DNA of 64,000 nt from an uncultured Prevotellaceae bacterium (GCA_963653505.1 CAVJWL010000001.1:53557-117556); one strand, 5' to 3'. Shown: positions 27,983-38,288, numbered from the stretch's first letter. Translations and numbers: made by a program. The notes: generated from the letters alone by a model not told the origin.

Positions 27983-29395
27983 ATGATCAATACAATTAAA
28001 GAAGAACAAGGTAAACTTGTTGTAAATTCCAGTTATGCAAAAGATGAAATCAGCGCTGCAACAACTAAAGCTATCAATCGTTTAGTTCTTGATGTTACAG
28101 TTCCTGGATATAGAAAAGGTAAAGCACCAGTCTCTGCTGCTACTCGTTATTTAAAGGAAGATGCAGTTGTCAACGAAACCATTCATCAACTTTTCAAAGT
28201 TCTCGATAAAGAACTCTCTAAGAATGATGAAGTTAATGCTTATTTCAAAGATAAGAAGGTTTATGGTGGAATTAGACCAGAAGCTAATGTCACAGCTTTC
28301 TCTGCTGACAAAGCTGAAATCGTCGTCTCTTATGTTTTAACTCCAAAGGTCAATAAACTTGGCGAATATAAAGGCATCACTTCTGATGCTGAAAAGAAAG
28401 TCATCAGTGACGCTGATGTCGATGCTGAACTCAAGAGACTTGCTGAAAATGAAGCTGAATTAGCTCCAAAAGATAAGGCAGCTGAAAATGGCGATACTGC
28501 TAACATCGATTTCGTCGGTCTTATGGATGGTAAAGAATTCGAAGGTGGTTCTGCTAAAGGATTCGATTTAGTCTTAGGTTCTAATCAATTCGTTCCTGGA
28601 TTTGAAGCTCAAGTCGTCTCTCATAAAGCAGGCGATAAATTTGATGTTGCTTTAACAATGCCAGAAAATTATCCAGAACCATTGACTTCTAAACCAGTCG
28701 TTTTCAAGGTCACCTTAAATTCTGTCAAAGTTAAGGAAGTTCCAGAAATCAATGATGAATTCGCCACAACCTTAACTGGTGAATATGCTTCTAAAGATTT
28801 AGCTGAATTGAAGAGCAAAGTTGTCGCTCATTTAAATGATGCTGCTGAAAAAGAATATTTCAATCATATCGTCAATGAACTCTTATTGAAGGTTCGTGAT
28901 GCTTCTGAATTTGTCATCGCTGATGATTATGTCAATTATTTCGTCAACAACAAAGTTGATGAAGATAAGAACAATATCGCTAACCAAGGCCTTTCTTTAG
29001 ATGAATACTTAAAGCTCATCAACAAAGATATGGATTCTTATAAAGCTGAAATTAAAGAAGGAATCCTTTCTCAAATCAAGACTGGACTTGTCTATGAAGG
29101 TATCTATGCTGCTGAAATCAAGACCCCAATCAACAGTAAAGATCTTGAAGCTCTTCTTGGAACTTCTGTCAATGATTTCATCACCAACTATACTAACTAT
29201 TTGAAAGCTAGCAAGATGGGTGATGATCAAATCTCCGCTCAAGTCAACGGCTATTTGAATCAACTCTATTCTTCTATTCTCTCTCGTAAAGTTCAAGACA
29301 AACTTCTTGTCTTAAATGGATATAAAGAAGAAGTCAAAGAAGATAAAGCTGAAGAAGAAAAGACTGAAGCTAAAGAAGAAAAAGCTGCTGAATAA
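27983..29395 (+). CDS. tig: Trigger factor
   Basis: AAGGAG lies 7 nt before ATG 27983; the track start at 27956 is TTG. PPIase and C-terminal chaperone domains are present, followed by a long KE-rich C-terminal tail. Confidence 0.9.
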   Translation: MINTIKEEQGKLVVNSSYAKDEISAATTKAINRLVLDVTVPGYRKGKAPVSAATRYLKEDAVVNETIHQLFKVLDKELSKNDEVNAYFKDKKVYGGIRPEANVTAFSADKAEIVVSYVLTPKVNKLGEYKGITSDAEKKVISDADVDAELKRLAENEAELAPKDKAAENGDTANIDFVGLMDGKEFEGGSAKGFDLVLGSNQFVPGFEAQVVSHKAGDKFDVALTMPENYPEPLTSKPVVFKVTLNSVKVKEVPEINDEFATTLTGEYASKDLAELKSKVVAHLNDAAEKEYFNHIVNELLLKVRDASEFVIADDYVNYFVNNKVDEDKNNIANQGLSLDEYLKLINKDMDSYKAEIKEGILSQIKTGLVYEGIYAAEIKTPINSKDLEALLGTSVNDFITNYTNYLKASKMGDDQISAQVNGYLNQLYSSILSRKVQDKLLVLNGYKEEVKEDKAEEEKTEAKEEKAAE

Positions 29396-29408
29396 TCAAG
29401 TTTTAATT

Positions 29409-29431
29409 AAGCCCCCTTTCGGGGCTTTTCT
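29409..29431 (+). terminator. Rho-independent terminator of tig
   Basis: Stem AAGCCCC / GGGGCTT, loop CTTTC, then a T-run. Confidence 0.8.
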
Positions 29432-29557
29432 TCTCTTTAATTTTTTTAAGTAGTGATTTCTCTTGAAAAAATATCTCATCCGTATTATATTATTCATACC
29501 TTTTTAGCACTCAATTAATAAATGTGCTAAAAGTGCTATTCATAAGGAGGCTTATTT

Positions 29558-31993
29558 ATGGATTATGTCAATCAAGAAAGATTATATGTCTTGCCAAATT
29601 CTAAAAGTGTTGCACTTCCAAGTGTCACAATGACAATCACCGCTAGAAATGACTATGATACAAATCTTCTTTCTCAACTCAGAGCTGGAGATAATATCGT
29701 CGTAGCTTATTCCAATAAGGAAAATGTCTACGGAGATTTTGATAATTTAGTTTTACCTGGAGTTAAAAGTATCGGTACTCTTTGCACTATCACCTCGATA
29801 GTTTCTGATGCTGATGGATATGTTTGTAAGGTAGAGGGGAAAACTGCCTTGGATTTATCCGATTTTGTCGTCGAAGAAGATAAGAAATTAGTGTCTTGTA
29901 AAACAGCAATTCGTCCTCTTTATGATAGAGATGATGATAAACTCAATGAAATGCTTACAAGATTCTCAAATAACTACGCTTCTTTGAGAAAGAAATATTC
30001 AAAACTTCCTGAACTTCCTAATTTCTTAAATGAAGGTCTCGATTTGAGATTGATTCCTTATCAAATCGCATTGTTCATCAACACATCCAATTTGAATCGT
30101 CAAATCATCCTCGAAGAAAAAGATCCGGTTGAAAAATACCGCGTTCTTATCAATGACCTTGAAAGATTTAATCTCGATTCTAAGATTGAATACGAAATTC
30201 AACAAAAAGTTTCTGAATCCATCGATAAGAATCAAAGAGAATATGTTTTAAGAGAGAAGATGAAGGTTGTCAAAGATCAACTTAAAGAATTCGATGGTGG
30301 CGATAAAATCGACAACTACGAAAAATTCTTAAATGAAAATAAAGACATCCTTCCTGATAATATTCAAAAGAGAATCAGAAACGAAATCACAAGATTGAGA
30401 GCTATGCCAAATGGTTCTCAAGAGATTTCGATTTTGACAACCTATTTAGATCTCATCACTACTTTACCTTGGAAGACTTCTAGCATCGATGATGATGATT
30501 TAGATCATGTCAAAAAAGTCTTAGATGAAAATCACAACGGACTTGAAAAGCAAAAAGATCGTATTTTACAGTATTTAGCTGTCAAACAATTGACCAATTC
30601 TTTAAAAGCTCCAATTCTCTGTTTCTATGGAGCTCCAGGTGTTGGTAAAACCTCTCTTGCTGTCTCAATCGCAAAAGCCTTAGGTAGAAAATTTGTCAAG
30701 GTCGCTTTAGGTGGTGTCTCTGATGAAGCAGAAATCAGAGGTCATAGAAGAACTTATATCGGAGCAATGCCTGGTCAAATCATCTCTTCTCTTGCAAAAT
30801 GCGGAACTAATAACCCAGTCTTCTTGCTCGATGAAATCGATAAGATCAACGGTGGCGGTTATCACGGAGATCCAGCTAGCGCCCTTCTTGAAGTCTTGGA
30901 TCCTGAACAAAATCAATTCTTCAAAGATAATTATCTTGATGAAACCTTTGATCTCAGCAAGGTCTTATTTATCTGTACTGCCAATGATATCTCCAAGATT
31001 CCAAGCGCTTTATTCGACCGTTTGGAGATGATCGAACTCAATACCTATACTAAGTTTGAAAAGATTGATATCGCTAAAACTCATCTCATCAAGCTTGAAG
31101 AACAATCCAATGGAATCAAACCAGGTATGATGGAATGGAAAGATGAAGCCTTAGATTACATCATCGAATATTACACTATGGAAGCTGGTGTGCGTAATCT
31201 CAGAAGAAAGATTGGAACTATTGACCGTAAATTCGCTGTCGATTATTTGAAAGATAAAGAGAACAATAGTAAAGTCACAGTTGATGTCGCTCTTGTCAAG
31301 AAATATTTAGGTGCTGAAATCTTCTATCATGAGAAAGATTTAGCCGATTCTCAAGTCGGTGTCATCAACGGCTTAGCTTATACTGATGCTGGCGGTGAAG
31401 TTTTGAAGATCGAATGCAATACTTTCCCAGGAAAAGGCGGACTTATCATGACAGGTAACTTAGGTGATGTCATGAAAGAAGCTACTGAAACTGCACTTTC
31501 TTATGTCAGAAGTATCGGTCCAGAACTTGGAATCGATCCAGAATACTTTGCAACTCACGATATCCACGTTCACTTCCCAGAGAGCGCAACTCCAAAAGAT
31601 GGACCAAGCGCTGGTGTTGCAACAGCTTGTGTCATCCTCTCTGCTATCACCGATACTAAGATCAGAAATGATGTAGCTATGACTGGTGAAATCGATTTGA
31701 GAGGTAATTCAATGCCAATCGGTGGTTTAAGAGAGAAGACAAATGCTGCAGTCAGAGAGCATATCAAGACTGTCTTCATCCCATATGAAAATCACAAAGA
31801 TAGAGTTGAACTTCCAAAAGAAATCACCGATAACCTTGAGATTGTCGAAGTCAAGAAGGCTAAAGACTTATTCTCTGGTGTCTTCTTAGAAGATATTTAT
31901 AAGAAGAAAGATGAGATAGCTAAAATCACCTCTACTAAGAAAGAAGAACCTGTTAAGAAAGCAAAAAAGGCTTCTAAATCCGATGCAGAATAA
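29558..31993 (+). CDS. lon: ATP-dependent Lon protease
   Basis: AAGGAGG Shine-Dalgarno sequence. AAA+ Walker A GAPGVGKTS. Proteolytic Ser motif PKDGPSAGV. Confidence 0.95.
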   Translation: MDYVNQERLYVLPNSKSVALPSVTMTITARNDYDTNLLSQLRAGDNIVVAYSNKENVYGDFDNLVLPGVKSIGTLCTITSIVSDADGYVCKVEGKTALDLSDFVVEEDKKLVSCKTAIRPLYDRDDDKLNEMLTRFSNNYASLRKKYSKLPELPNFLNEGLDLRLIPYQIALFINTSNLNRQIILEEKDPVEKYRVLINDLERFNLDSKIEYEIQQKVSESIDKNQREYVLREKMKVVKDQLKEFDGGDKIDNYEKFLNENKDILPDNIQKRIRNEITRLRAMPNGSQEISILTTYLDLITTLPWKTSSIDDDDLDHVKKVLDENHNGLEKQKDRILQYLAVKQLTNSLKAPILCFYGAPGVGKTSLAVSIAKALGRKFVKVALGGVSDEAEIRGHRRTYIGAMPGQIISSLAKCGTNNPVFLLDEIDKINGGGYHGDPASALLEVLDPEQNQFFKDNYLDETFDLSKVLFICTANDISKIPSALFDRLEMIELNTYTKFEKIDIAKTHLIKLEEQSNGIKPGMMEWKDEALDYIIEYYTMEAGVRNLRRKIGTIDRKFAVDYLKDKENNSKVTVDVALVKKYLGAEIFYHEKDLADSQVGVINGLAYTDAGGEVLKIECNTFPGKGGLIMTGNLGDVMKEATETALSYVRSIGPELGIDPEYFATHDIHVHFPESATPKDGPSAGVATACVILSAITDTKIRNDVAMTGEIDLRGNSMPIGGLREKTNAAVREHIKTVFIPYENHKDRVELPKEITDNLEIVEVKKAKDLFSGVFLEDIYKKKDEIAKITSTKKEEPVKKAKKASKSDAE

Positions 31994-32570
31994 ACAATTG
32001 TTCTATAAAGCAGAATTCATCACCAGTGCGGCAAGGAAAGATCAGTTTAAAATTGATCATTTTGCCGTCACTTTGATGGGTAGATCTAATGTTGGAAAAT
32101 CGACTTTGATCAATTCTTTGACGAAAAATGGCAATTTGATGAAGACCAGTAAAAAACCTGGTCGCACCCAACTTGTCAATTACGCACTAATCAATGATAA
32201 ATTCTATCTTGTCGATGTTCCAGGATACGGCTTTGCTTCCTTTAAAAGAGATACCTTTGAAGGTTTGATGAAAGATTTCATCGAAGATAATAAATGCTTG
32301 AAAAAAATTTATATCTTGATAGATTCTCGCCGCCTTCTTCAAGATGGCGATATCGAATTCGCTGATTATCTTGAAAATCTTGGAATTAGATACGCATATA
32401 TCTTCACCAAATGCGATAAACTCAACACATCTGAGAAACATTTCTTGGATTTACAAATTCAGAAAATCAACGAAGAAAAAAGTGATGTCAAATGTTTTAT
32501 CTCATCAATAAAAGATGATAAGAATCTCGATTTGATAAGACAGGATATGATCAAGGTTTGTAAAAAATGA
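31983..32570 (+). CDS. engB: Ribosome-biogenesis GTPase EngB/YihA
   Basis: Overlaps the end of lon. G1 motif GRSNVGKST, plus DVPGYGF. Confidence 0.9.
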   Translation: MQNKQLFYKAEFITSAARKDQFKIDHFAVTLMGRSNVGKSTLINSLTKNGNLMKTSKKPGRTQLVNYALINDKFYLVDVPGYGFASFKRDTFEGLMKDFIEDNKCLKKIYILIDSRRLLQDGDIEFADYLENLGIRYAYIFTKCDKLNTSEKHFLDLQIQKINEEKSDVKCFISSIKDDKNLDLIRQDMIKVCKK

Positions 32571-32577
32571 TATTTAT

Positions 32578-32612
32578 GACGGGTGTTTTTTTAAAAACAT
32601 CCGTTATTTTTT
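32578..32612 (+). terminator. Putative terminator after engB
   Basis: Imperfect stem ACGGGTGTTTT / AAAACATCCGT, followed by a T-run. Confidence 0.4.
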
Positions 32613-32639
32613 TAAATTTCTTTAATTTTTATTCGAATT

Positions 32640-32832
32640 TATTTATACTATTTGCGGCAATGAAAAGAAGGGATGAAGGTAAGGTTATTTTTAGAGAATC
32701 CTTGGTTGGTGAAAAAGGATAATAACTGCTTCTGAGTCGTCTTGGAGCCGATTTTAAAAGAGAGCGGTTTAGCCGAAGAGGGGTGGTACCGCGCAACTTG
32801 TTGCGTCCCTTCGTCTTGGAGGCACTTTTTTT
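32640..32832 (+). promoter_or_regulatory. T-box riboswitch leader of valS
   Basis: The canonical T-box sequence AAGAGGGGTGGTACCGCG is present at about 32776-32793. An AGAGA (GA-motif) lies in the 5' stem region. A terminator-like hairpin and T7 come just before the valS ATG. Confidence 0.75.
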
Positions 32833-35415
32833 ATGAAAAAAGAAATGAACAAGGCTTATGAAGCCAAAACATGTGAAGATGGAAAAGAAGAATTTTGGGA
32901 AAAGAATGGTTATTTTGAAGCCATGAGAAAAGAGAACTTGAATAAGACTCCTTTCTCAATGATCGTTCCTCCGCCAAATGTTACAGGTATTCTTCATATC
33001 GGTCATGCCTTGAATACTACGATTTTGGACATCATCGCAAGATATAAGAAAATATCTGGATACGATGTTCTCTTTTTAGCTGATATGGATCACGCCGGTA
33101 TTGCAACCCAAGCTAAAGTTGAAGCCAAACTCAAAGAAGAAGGTAAGAACAAATACGAACTCGGAAGAGAAGAATTCCTCAAAGAAGTTTGGAAGTGGAA
33201 AGAAGAACACGGCGATTATATCTCTAAACAGTGGAGAGCTCTTGGTTTATCCATGGATTATTCTAAAGAGAGATTTACCCTTGATGATGGTATGATCAAA
33301 GCTGTTAACACCGTATTTAAACGCCTATATGATGAAGGCCTCATCTATCGCGGTGAGAGAATCATCAACTGGGATCCAGTTTTAAAGACTGCCTTGAGCG
33401 ATATTGAAGTTGTCTATTCTCAAGATAATGGCAAATTCTATTACTTCAAATATTGGTTAGAAGATCATTCTCGTTATCTTGAAGTTGCAACCACTCGTCC
33501 TGAAACTATGTTTGGTGATCAAGCAGTCTGCTTCAATCCTGAAGATGAGAGATATAAAGATTTAGAAGGAATGAAAGTCATCAATCCTGCAAATGGAGAA
33601 TTATTACCTCTCATCGCTGATCGATATGTCGATAAGGAATTCGGAACTGGTGTCATGAAATGTACACCTGCTCATGATCCCAATGACTTTGCTATCGCCA
33701 AAAGACATGATTTGAAATTTGTCAAGACCATGAATGATGATGCTACCATGAACGAAAATTGTCCAAAGGAATATGTCGGACTTGATCGTTATGCTTGTAG
33801 AAAGAAAGTGGTCGAATATATCAAAGAAAACGGCGATCTCATCAAGATCGAAGATATCGTTCACAATGTCGGACACTCAGAAAGAAGCAAAGCTGTTGTC
33901 GAACCGATGCTTTCAAAACAGTGGTTTGTCAAGATGGATAAATTAGCAAGTGCTGTCATGGAAGTTCAAAAGAGTGATAAAGCCACTGTCTTCTTCCCAG
34001 ACAGATTCAAAGATATCTTCTATCAATGGTTGTCAAAGACCGATGATTGGTGTATTTCTCGTCAACTTTGGTGGGGACATAGAATTCCTGTATACACCAA
34101 TAAGGAAACTAAAGAAGTCATCTGTTCAACTGAAACCTTAGATCCAAATGTATACGACCAAGATCCAGATGTATTAGATACTTGGTTCTCCTCTGCTCTT
34201 GCTCCATTTGCATTCTTGGGATGGCCAGATACTGATAACGAACTTTATAAGAGATTCTATCCGCTTGATGTCATGGTAACTGCTTATGATATCATCTTCT
34301 TCTGGGTTGAAAGAATGGCCTTTGAAGGGCTTCACTTCACCTCCATCATGCCATTTAAAAAGGTTTACATCCACGGAATTGTGAGAGATAACCAAGGAAG
34401 AAAGATGTCAAAATCATTAGGCAATGGTATCGATCCTTTCGATGTCATCGCAAAATACGGAACTGATTCTTTGCGTTATGCTTTAGCTACAGGTGGTACT
34501 CCAGGTCTTGATATCAATTTCTCCTATAATAAAGTTGAAACTGCCCATAATTTCTTGAACAAAGTATGGAATGCATCTAGATATATCATCTCCTTACTTC
34601 CAGAAGATTTCAAACCGAGCACCATTGATGAATCTCGTTTATCTTTCTTAGATAGATGGATTTATGATGAAGCTGATAAGTTCTTAGTCAATGTCAAAAA
34701 TAACATGGACAAATATGAATTAGGACTTGCTGCTGATTACGCTTATAGATTTGTTTATGATGAATTCTGCTCCGAATATCTTGAATATTCTAAGGTCACT
34801 TTAAACCTTGAAAATTCTGATAAAGAAGTCGTTTACAACGTTCTTTACGATATTTTAAAGAGAGTTCTCATCGTCTTATTCCCATTTGCACCATTCATCA
34901 CCGAAGAGATCTATTCTTATTTACCAAATCATAAAAAATCAATCTACGAAGAATCATATCCAGAAGTCAGCGCTTATAAAGCTGATAAGAAATCATTGGA
35001 TTTAGCTTCTTCTTTAAAGGAAGCTATCAGAGTTGTGAGAAATCATAAATCACAATTATCCTTAGCTCCTAATGCTCCGATTGACATCAAAGTCAAAGGT
35101 GAAAAAGAGAATTATGATTTAGTACTTCCATATTTATCTCGTTTCACCTTCTCAAAGAATATTGTTTTGACTGATGAAAATAGAGATGATTATCTCTACT
35201 TGAATAGCTTTGCTTTCGCTCTTGATGATTCCAATGACGAACAAAGTCAAGAGAAGATAAAAAAGCGTGTCGAATTCTTGACTAAAGAGATTGAAAGAAG
35301 CAAGAAAATGCTTGATAATCCTAACTTTATCTCTAGAGCAAATCCTGAGAAAGTCAAAGCTGAAAAAGAAAAATATCAAGCCTTTGTCGACGAACTTAAA
35401 AAATATTCTAAATAA
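32833..35415 (+). CDS. valS: Valine--tRNA ligase
   Basis: HIGH motif (LHIGHALN), KMSKS motif (KMSKSLGN) and a C-terminal coiled-coil. Confidence 0.95.
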   Translation: MKKEMNKAYEAKTCEDGKEEFWEKNGYFEAMRKENLNKTPFSMIVPPPNVTGILHIGHALNTTILDIIARYKKISGYDVLFLADMDHAGIATQAKVEAKLKEEGKNKYELGREEFLKEVWKWKEEHGDYISKQWRALGLSMDYSKERFTLDDGMIKAVNTVFKRLYDEGLIYRGERIINWDPVLKTALSDIEVVYSQDNGKFYYFKYWLEDHSRYLEVATTRPETMFGDQAVCFNPEDERYKDLEGMKVINPANGELLPLIADRYVDKEFGTGVMKCTPAHDPNDFAIAKRHDLKFVKTMNDDATMNENCPKEYVGLDRYACRKKVVEYIKENGDLIKIEDIVHNVGHSERSKAVVEPMLSKQWFVKMDKLASAVMEVQKSDKATVFFPDRFKDIFYQWLSKTDDWCISRQLWWGHRIPVYTNKETKEVICSTETLDPNVYDQDPDVLDTWFSSALAPFAFLGWPDTDNELYKRFYPLDVMVTAYDIIFFWVERMAFEGLHFTSIMPFKKVYIHGIVRDNQGRKMSKSLGNGIDPFDVIAKYGTDSLRYALATGGTPGLDINFSYNKVETAHNFLNKVWNASRYIISLLPEDFKPSTIDESRLSFLDRWIYDEADKFLVNVKNNMDKYELGLAADYAYRFVYDEFCSEYLEYSKVTLNLENSDKEVVYNVLYDILKRVLIVLFPFAPFITEEIYSYLPNHKKSIYEESYPEVSAYKADKKSLDLASSLKEAIRVVRNHKSQLSLAPNAPIDIKVKGEKENYDLVLPYLSRFTFSKNIVLTDENRDDYLYLNSFAFALDDSNDEQSQEKIKKRVEFLTKEIERSKKMLDNPNFISRANPEKVKAEKEKYQAFVDELKKYSK

Positions 35416-35434
35416 TAGACAAAATATCTTTTAG

Positions 35435-35456
35435 ACCTCCATATTTTATAGGAGGT
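35435..35456 (+). promoter_or_regulatory. Hairpin that sequesters the Shine-Dalgarno sequence of the downstream small ORF
   Basis: ACCTCC, a 10-nt loop, then GGAGGT; the right arm is the GGAGG Shine-Dalgarno sequence of the 35465 ORF. There is no following U-run. Confidence 0.35.
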
Positions 35457-35464
35457 TAAAAAAT

Positions 35465-35647
35465 ATGGAATCTAGACTACTTACTGATGATGAGATGTTA
35501 GAGACAAAAGGTGGGGAAGCAATCACCTTGACTGCAGTCCTTGCCCTTTTATCAATCGGACTTGTCGCCGTTGTTTGTTACCGTCTTTTCATGTCTAAAA
35601 AGGGTAAGACAAAATTGCCTGGTGGATTCGAATTTTCTTGGGAATGA
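35465..35647 (+). CDS. 60-aa peptide with a double-glycine-type leader (LTDDEMLETKGG) and a single hydrophobic helix. It may be a bacteriocin/signal-peptide-like precursor or a small membrane protein.
   Basis: Strong Shine-Dalgarno sequence TAGGAGG 9 nt upstream. A leader with L(-12), E(-8), hydrophobic(-7) and GG fits the GG-leader consensus. The stop overlaps the radC ATG (ATGA). Confidence 0.5.
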   Translation: MESRLLTDDEMLETKGGEAITLTAVLALLSIGLVAVVCYRLFMSKKGKTKLPGGFEFSWE

Positions 35648-36279
35648 TCGATATCAGAAAAAAAGCTATCCTCGATGGCTTCTTCTCACTTGATGAGAAA
35701 GAGTTGCTCGCTTTGATATTAGAGACAGGTTCAAGTGAGGAGAATGTTGAAGCAGTATCGAAAAAACTGCTTGATAAATACGGATCACTTGAGAATATCA
35801 TCATTGAAAAAGAAGGAAAAGTTGAGATGAAAGGAGTCGGTTTTGTCAAAAGAATCAGACTACTTTCATCTTTGGAAATTTTTCGAAGATTTTCACTTCT
35901 TTCTATCGATTCGATTCACGATGATAAGGAATGCTTTTTACTCACTAAATCATTCTTTTATAAAAGAAAAAGAGAATGTTTACTCATTTTTGTCCTTGAT
36001 GAAAATAAAAATGTCATCAAAATATTCAGATGTGATTCTAAAGGATCAAATAGGATCACCATTGATATCGACCAATTGAATCAGGTCTTAAAATACCGCT
36101 ATTCCGGTTTGATATTAGTTCACAATCATCCAAGCGGATGCACTCTTCCTAGCGAAGACGATATCGCATCATTTGAAAAAATATCAAAAATTTGTTCATT
36201 ATATTCAATCAATATCATCGATTTTATGATTGTTTCTGATAAAAAATGGTATTCGATGTCTAATAAAAAAGAAAAATAG
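35644..36279 (+). CDS. radC: RadC-family JAB/MPN domain protein
   Basis: ATG at 35644; the track start at 35638 is TTG. JAMM motif LVHNHPSGCTLPSEDD. N-terminal HhH-like region ELLALILETGSS. Confidence 0.85.
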   Translation: MIDIRKKAILDGFFSLDEKELLALILETGSSEENVEAVSKKLLDKYGSLENIIIEKEGKVEMKGVGFVKRIRLLSSLEIFRRFSLLSIDSIHDDKECFLLTKSFFYKRKRECLLIFVLDENKNVIKIFRCDSKGSNRITIDIDQLNQVLKYRYSGLILVHNHPSGCTLPSEDDIASFEKISKICSLYSINIIDFMIVSDKKWYSMSNKKEK

Positions 36280-36374
36280 CTCTTTTATGAATAAAATATT
36301 ATTTCTAATATTGAAATAAATTCATTTAAAAACTATAATGTTTATATCTTTGAAAGTGAAATGGAGGCTTTTTC

Positions 36375-37463
36375 ATGGCTTATACAATGGATTCAAAACT
36401 TGAGGCAGGCATTGAGCTTGTTAAAGAAGGTAACTATAAAAAAGGCTTAAGACTTATCAACCTTTCTGCAAGAACTGGTACAACTAAAGGCAAATCCTAC
36501 TTTGAAGTCGGTAAGATTGTCAGAAATGGTTGCCCAGGAATCAGTCCAAACCCTGAAATGGCAAGAGAGTTCTACGATACTTCTTGTTTCTTCTTATTCC
36601 AAGGAGATTGCGATACTCTCGATTATCACTATTTAGGTGATTATTATTACTATGCTTTAGGCACTGAACCACAAGATGTGGATCGCGCTTTAGAATATTA
36701 TCGTTTAGCTTGCAAAGATAATGATGATCCAGTCGCTCAAAAGATGGTCGATCAAATCGAAGGTAGCAAAGTCAAGGATGCCGAAGAGGCTAAACCTGTT
36801 GAAGCTGCTAGTGAAGTTGCTGCTACACCTGTTGAAGATAGCTATGATAAAGATTATGAAGCTGTTGTCAAAGAAGAAAGTGCTGATGACATGCTCTTAC
36901 AAGCTATCCGTATGATCGACAACCCAGCTTCTACTGAAGAAGAAAGACTCGATGGTGTTGAACTTGCAAAAGCCGCTTGTGAAAAAGGTTCAGCTCGTGC
37001 TGCTATCTTAGTCGGCTTCTTATATGAAGGTAACAATTCACTCCTCACCAGAGATCTTGAAATGGCTAAGAAATATTATCTTGTCGGTATCAGCCGTGGA
37101 TCTGCTAGTGCTGAATATCGTTTAGGCTTATTATATCTCGATAGAGATTGCCCGTTCAGAGATGATGAAAGAGGACATGACTATATCGTTTCTAGTGCAA
37201 GAAAGGGTTATTCTTATGCTCTCAACTATCTTGGAGATTGCTTTAGAGCTAGAGTCAACGATCCAAAGAACTTAGCTGTCGCTTATCGTTATTATTCTCT
37301 TGCTGGAGAAAGAAAGCTCGGTATCGCCTATCACAATATGGCTGAAATCGATGCTTCTAGACAAAATATGGCCTTATCTAAAGAACATGAAAATTATGCT
37401 ACTAGATATGGTTATGATCCTGCCAAAGGACTTCAAGATCCTTTATTCTTCTTAATGCATTAA
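36375..37463 (+). CDS. Cytoplasmic Sel1/TPR-like repeat protein with a central acidic linker
   Basis: ATGGAGG Shine-Dalgarno sequence. Repeats of the form A..YY..A...G.a.AEY.LG..Y flank an E/A/V-rich acidic segment. Confidence 0.65.
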   Translation: MAYTMDSKLEAGIELVKEGNYKKGLRLINLSARTGTTKGKSYFEVGKIVRNGCPGISPNPEMAREFYDTSCFFLFQGDCDTLDYHYLGDYYYYALGTEPQDVDRALEYYRLACKDNDDPVAQKMVDQIEGSKVKDAEEAKPVEAASEVAATPVEDSYDKDYEAVVKEESADDMLLQAIRMIDNPASTEEERLDGVELAKAACEKGSARAAILVGFLYEGNNSLLTRDLEMAKKYYLVGISRGSASAEYRLGLLYLDRDCPFRDDERGHDYIVSSARKGYSYALNYLGDCFRARVNDPKNLAVAYRYYSLAGERKLGIAYHNMAEIDASRQNMALSKEHENYATRYGYDPAKGLQDPLFFLMH

Positions 37464-37466
37464 TCA

Positions 37467-37490
37467 AAAGAGGCTTCGGCCTCTTTTTTT
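37467..37490 (+). terminator. Rho-independent terminator
   Basis: Stem AAAGAGGC / GCCTCTTT, loop TTCG, then T8. Confidence 0.85.
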
Positions 37491-37539
37491 TAAAAATTCA
37501 ACAAAAAATCATTGAAATTATTATCGTTTTAAGATAAAC

Positions 37540-37650
37540 TATTCAACGTTGTATGGCCTCCGTAGCCTACAACCGCATCAAAGTGGTAATAAACACCTAA
37601 TTTGGGACCACAAGAGCGAGTACTTAGAAATTTGATAAAGGAGGCAAAAA
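37540..37650 (+). ncRNA. Putative ribosomal protein L21 leader (autoregulatory 5'UTR structure)
   Basis: Structured region with hairpin GTTGTA...TACAAC upstream of rplU, in the position of the Bacillota L21 leader. No direct sequence match can be verified here. Confidence 0.3.
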
Positions 37651-37654
37651 GCAC

Positions 37655-37969
37655 ATGTACGCTATCATTTTAACTGGCGGCAAACAGCTCAAAGCCGAAG
37701 TTGGTCAAACTCTCTTCGTCGAAAAACTCGATGGTGAGAAGGATCAAGAAATCGTTTTCGACAAAGTTCTTTATGTCGAAGATGGTGATAATGTTCAACT
37801 CGGAAAACCGTTTGTCAACAATGCCACAGTGAAAGCCAAGATTGTCAAGCAGGGTCGTGAAAAGAAGATTCATGTTCTTCGTTACAAGGCCAAGTCTAAC
37901 GTAAGAGTCCATCGTGGACATCGTCAACCTTATACTGCTGTTTCAGTCGAAGCTATTGAAGTTAAGTAG
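37655..37969 (+). CDS. rplU: 50S ribosomal protein L21
   Basis: [11 protein letters not shown]... AAAGGAGG Shine-Dalgarno sequence. Confidence 0.95.
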   Translation: MYAIILTGGKQLKAEVGQTLFVEKLDGEKDQEIVFDKVLYVEDGDNVQLGKPFVNNATVKAKIVKQGREKKIHVLRYKAKSNVRVHRGHRQPYTAVSVEAIEVK

Positions 37970-37972
37970 TTT

Positions 37973-38287
37973 ATGATTGTTGTATCAGTGAATGAGCATA
38001 TGGGTTCTATATCTTCTATCTCCATCAAAGGACATGGAAATATGGAATGGGGTAAAGACATCGTCTGCGCAGCTGTTTCATCTTGCTTTATCGGTGCTTT
38101 AAACGCACTTAAGAATGAGAAATCATTTGAGTTTAAAGTTGAAGAAGGAGATGGGCATGTCATAGCGATATCTGAGCTTGATATGCATGATAAGATCGTT
38201 CTGGAAACGCTTGTCATCCAATTGAATACCATAGCTGATAGTTTTCCTGATATTGTAAAAATTAAAGTTTCCAGGAAAGAAGGATAA
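37973..38287 (+). CDS. prp: Ribosomal-processing cysteine protease Prp
   Basis: Located between rplU and rpmA. Catalytic region GHGN...[13 protein letters not shown]. Confidence 0.9.
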   Translation: MIVVSVNEHMGSISSISIKGHGNMEWGKDIVCAAVSSCFIGALNALKNEKSFEFKVEEGDGHVIAISELDMHDKIVLETLVIQLNTIADSFPDIVKIKVSRKEG

Positions 38288-38288
38288 C

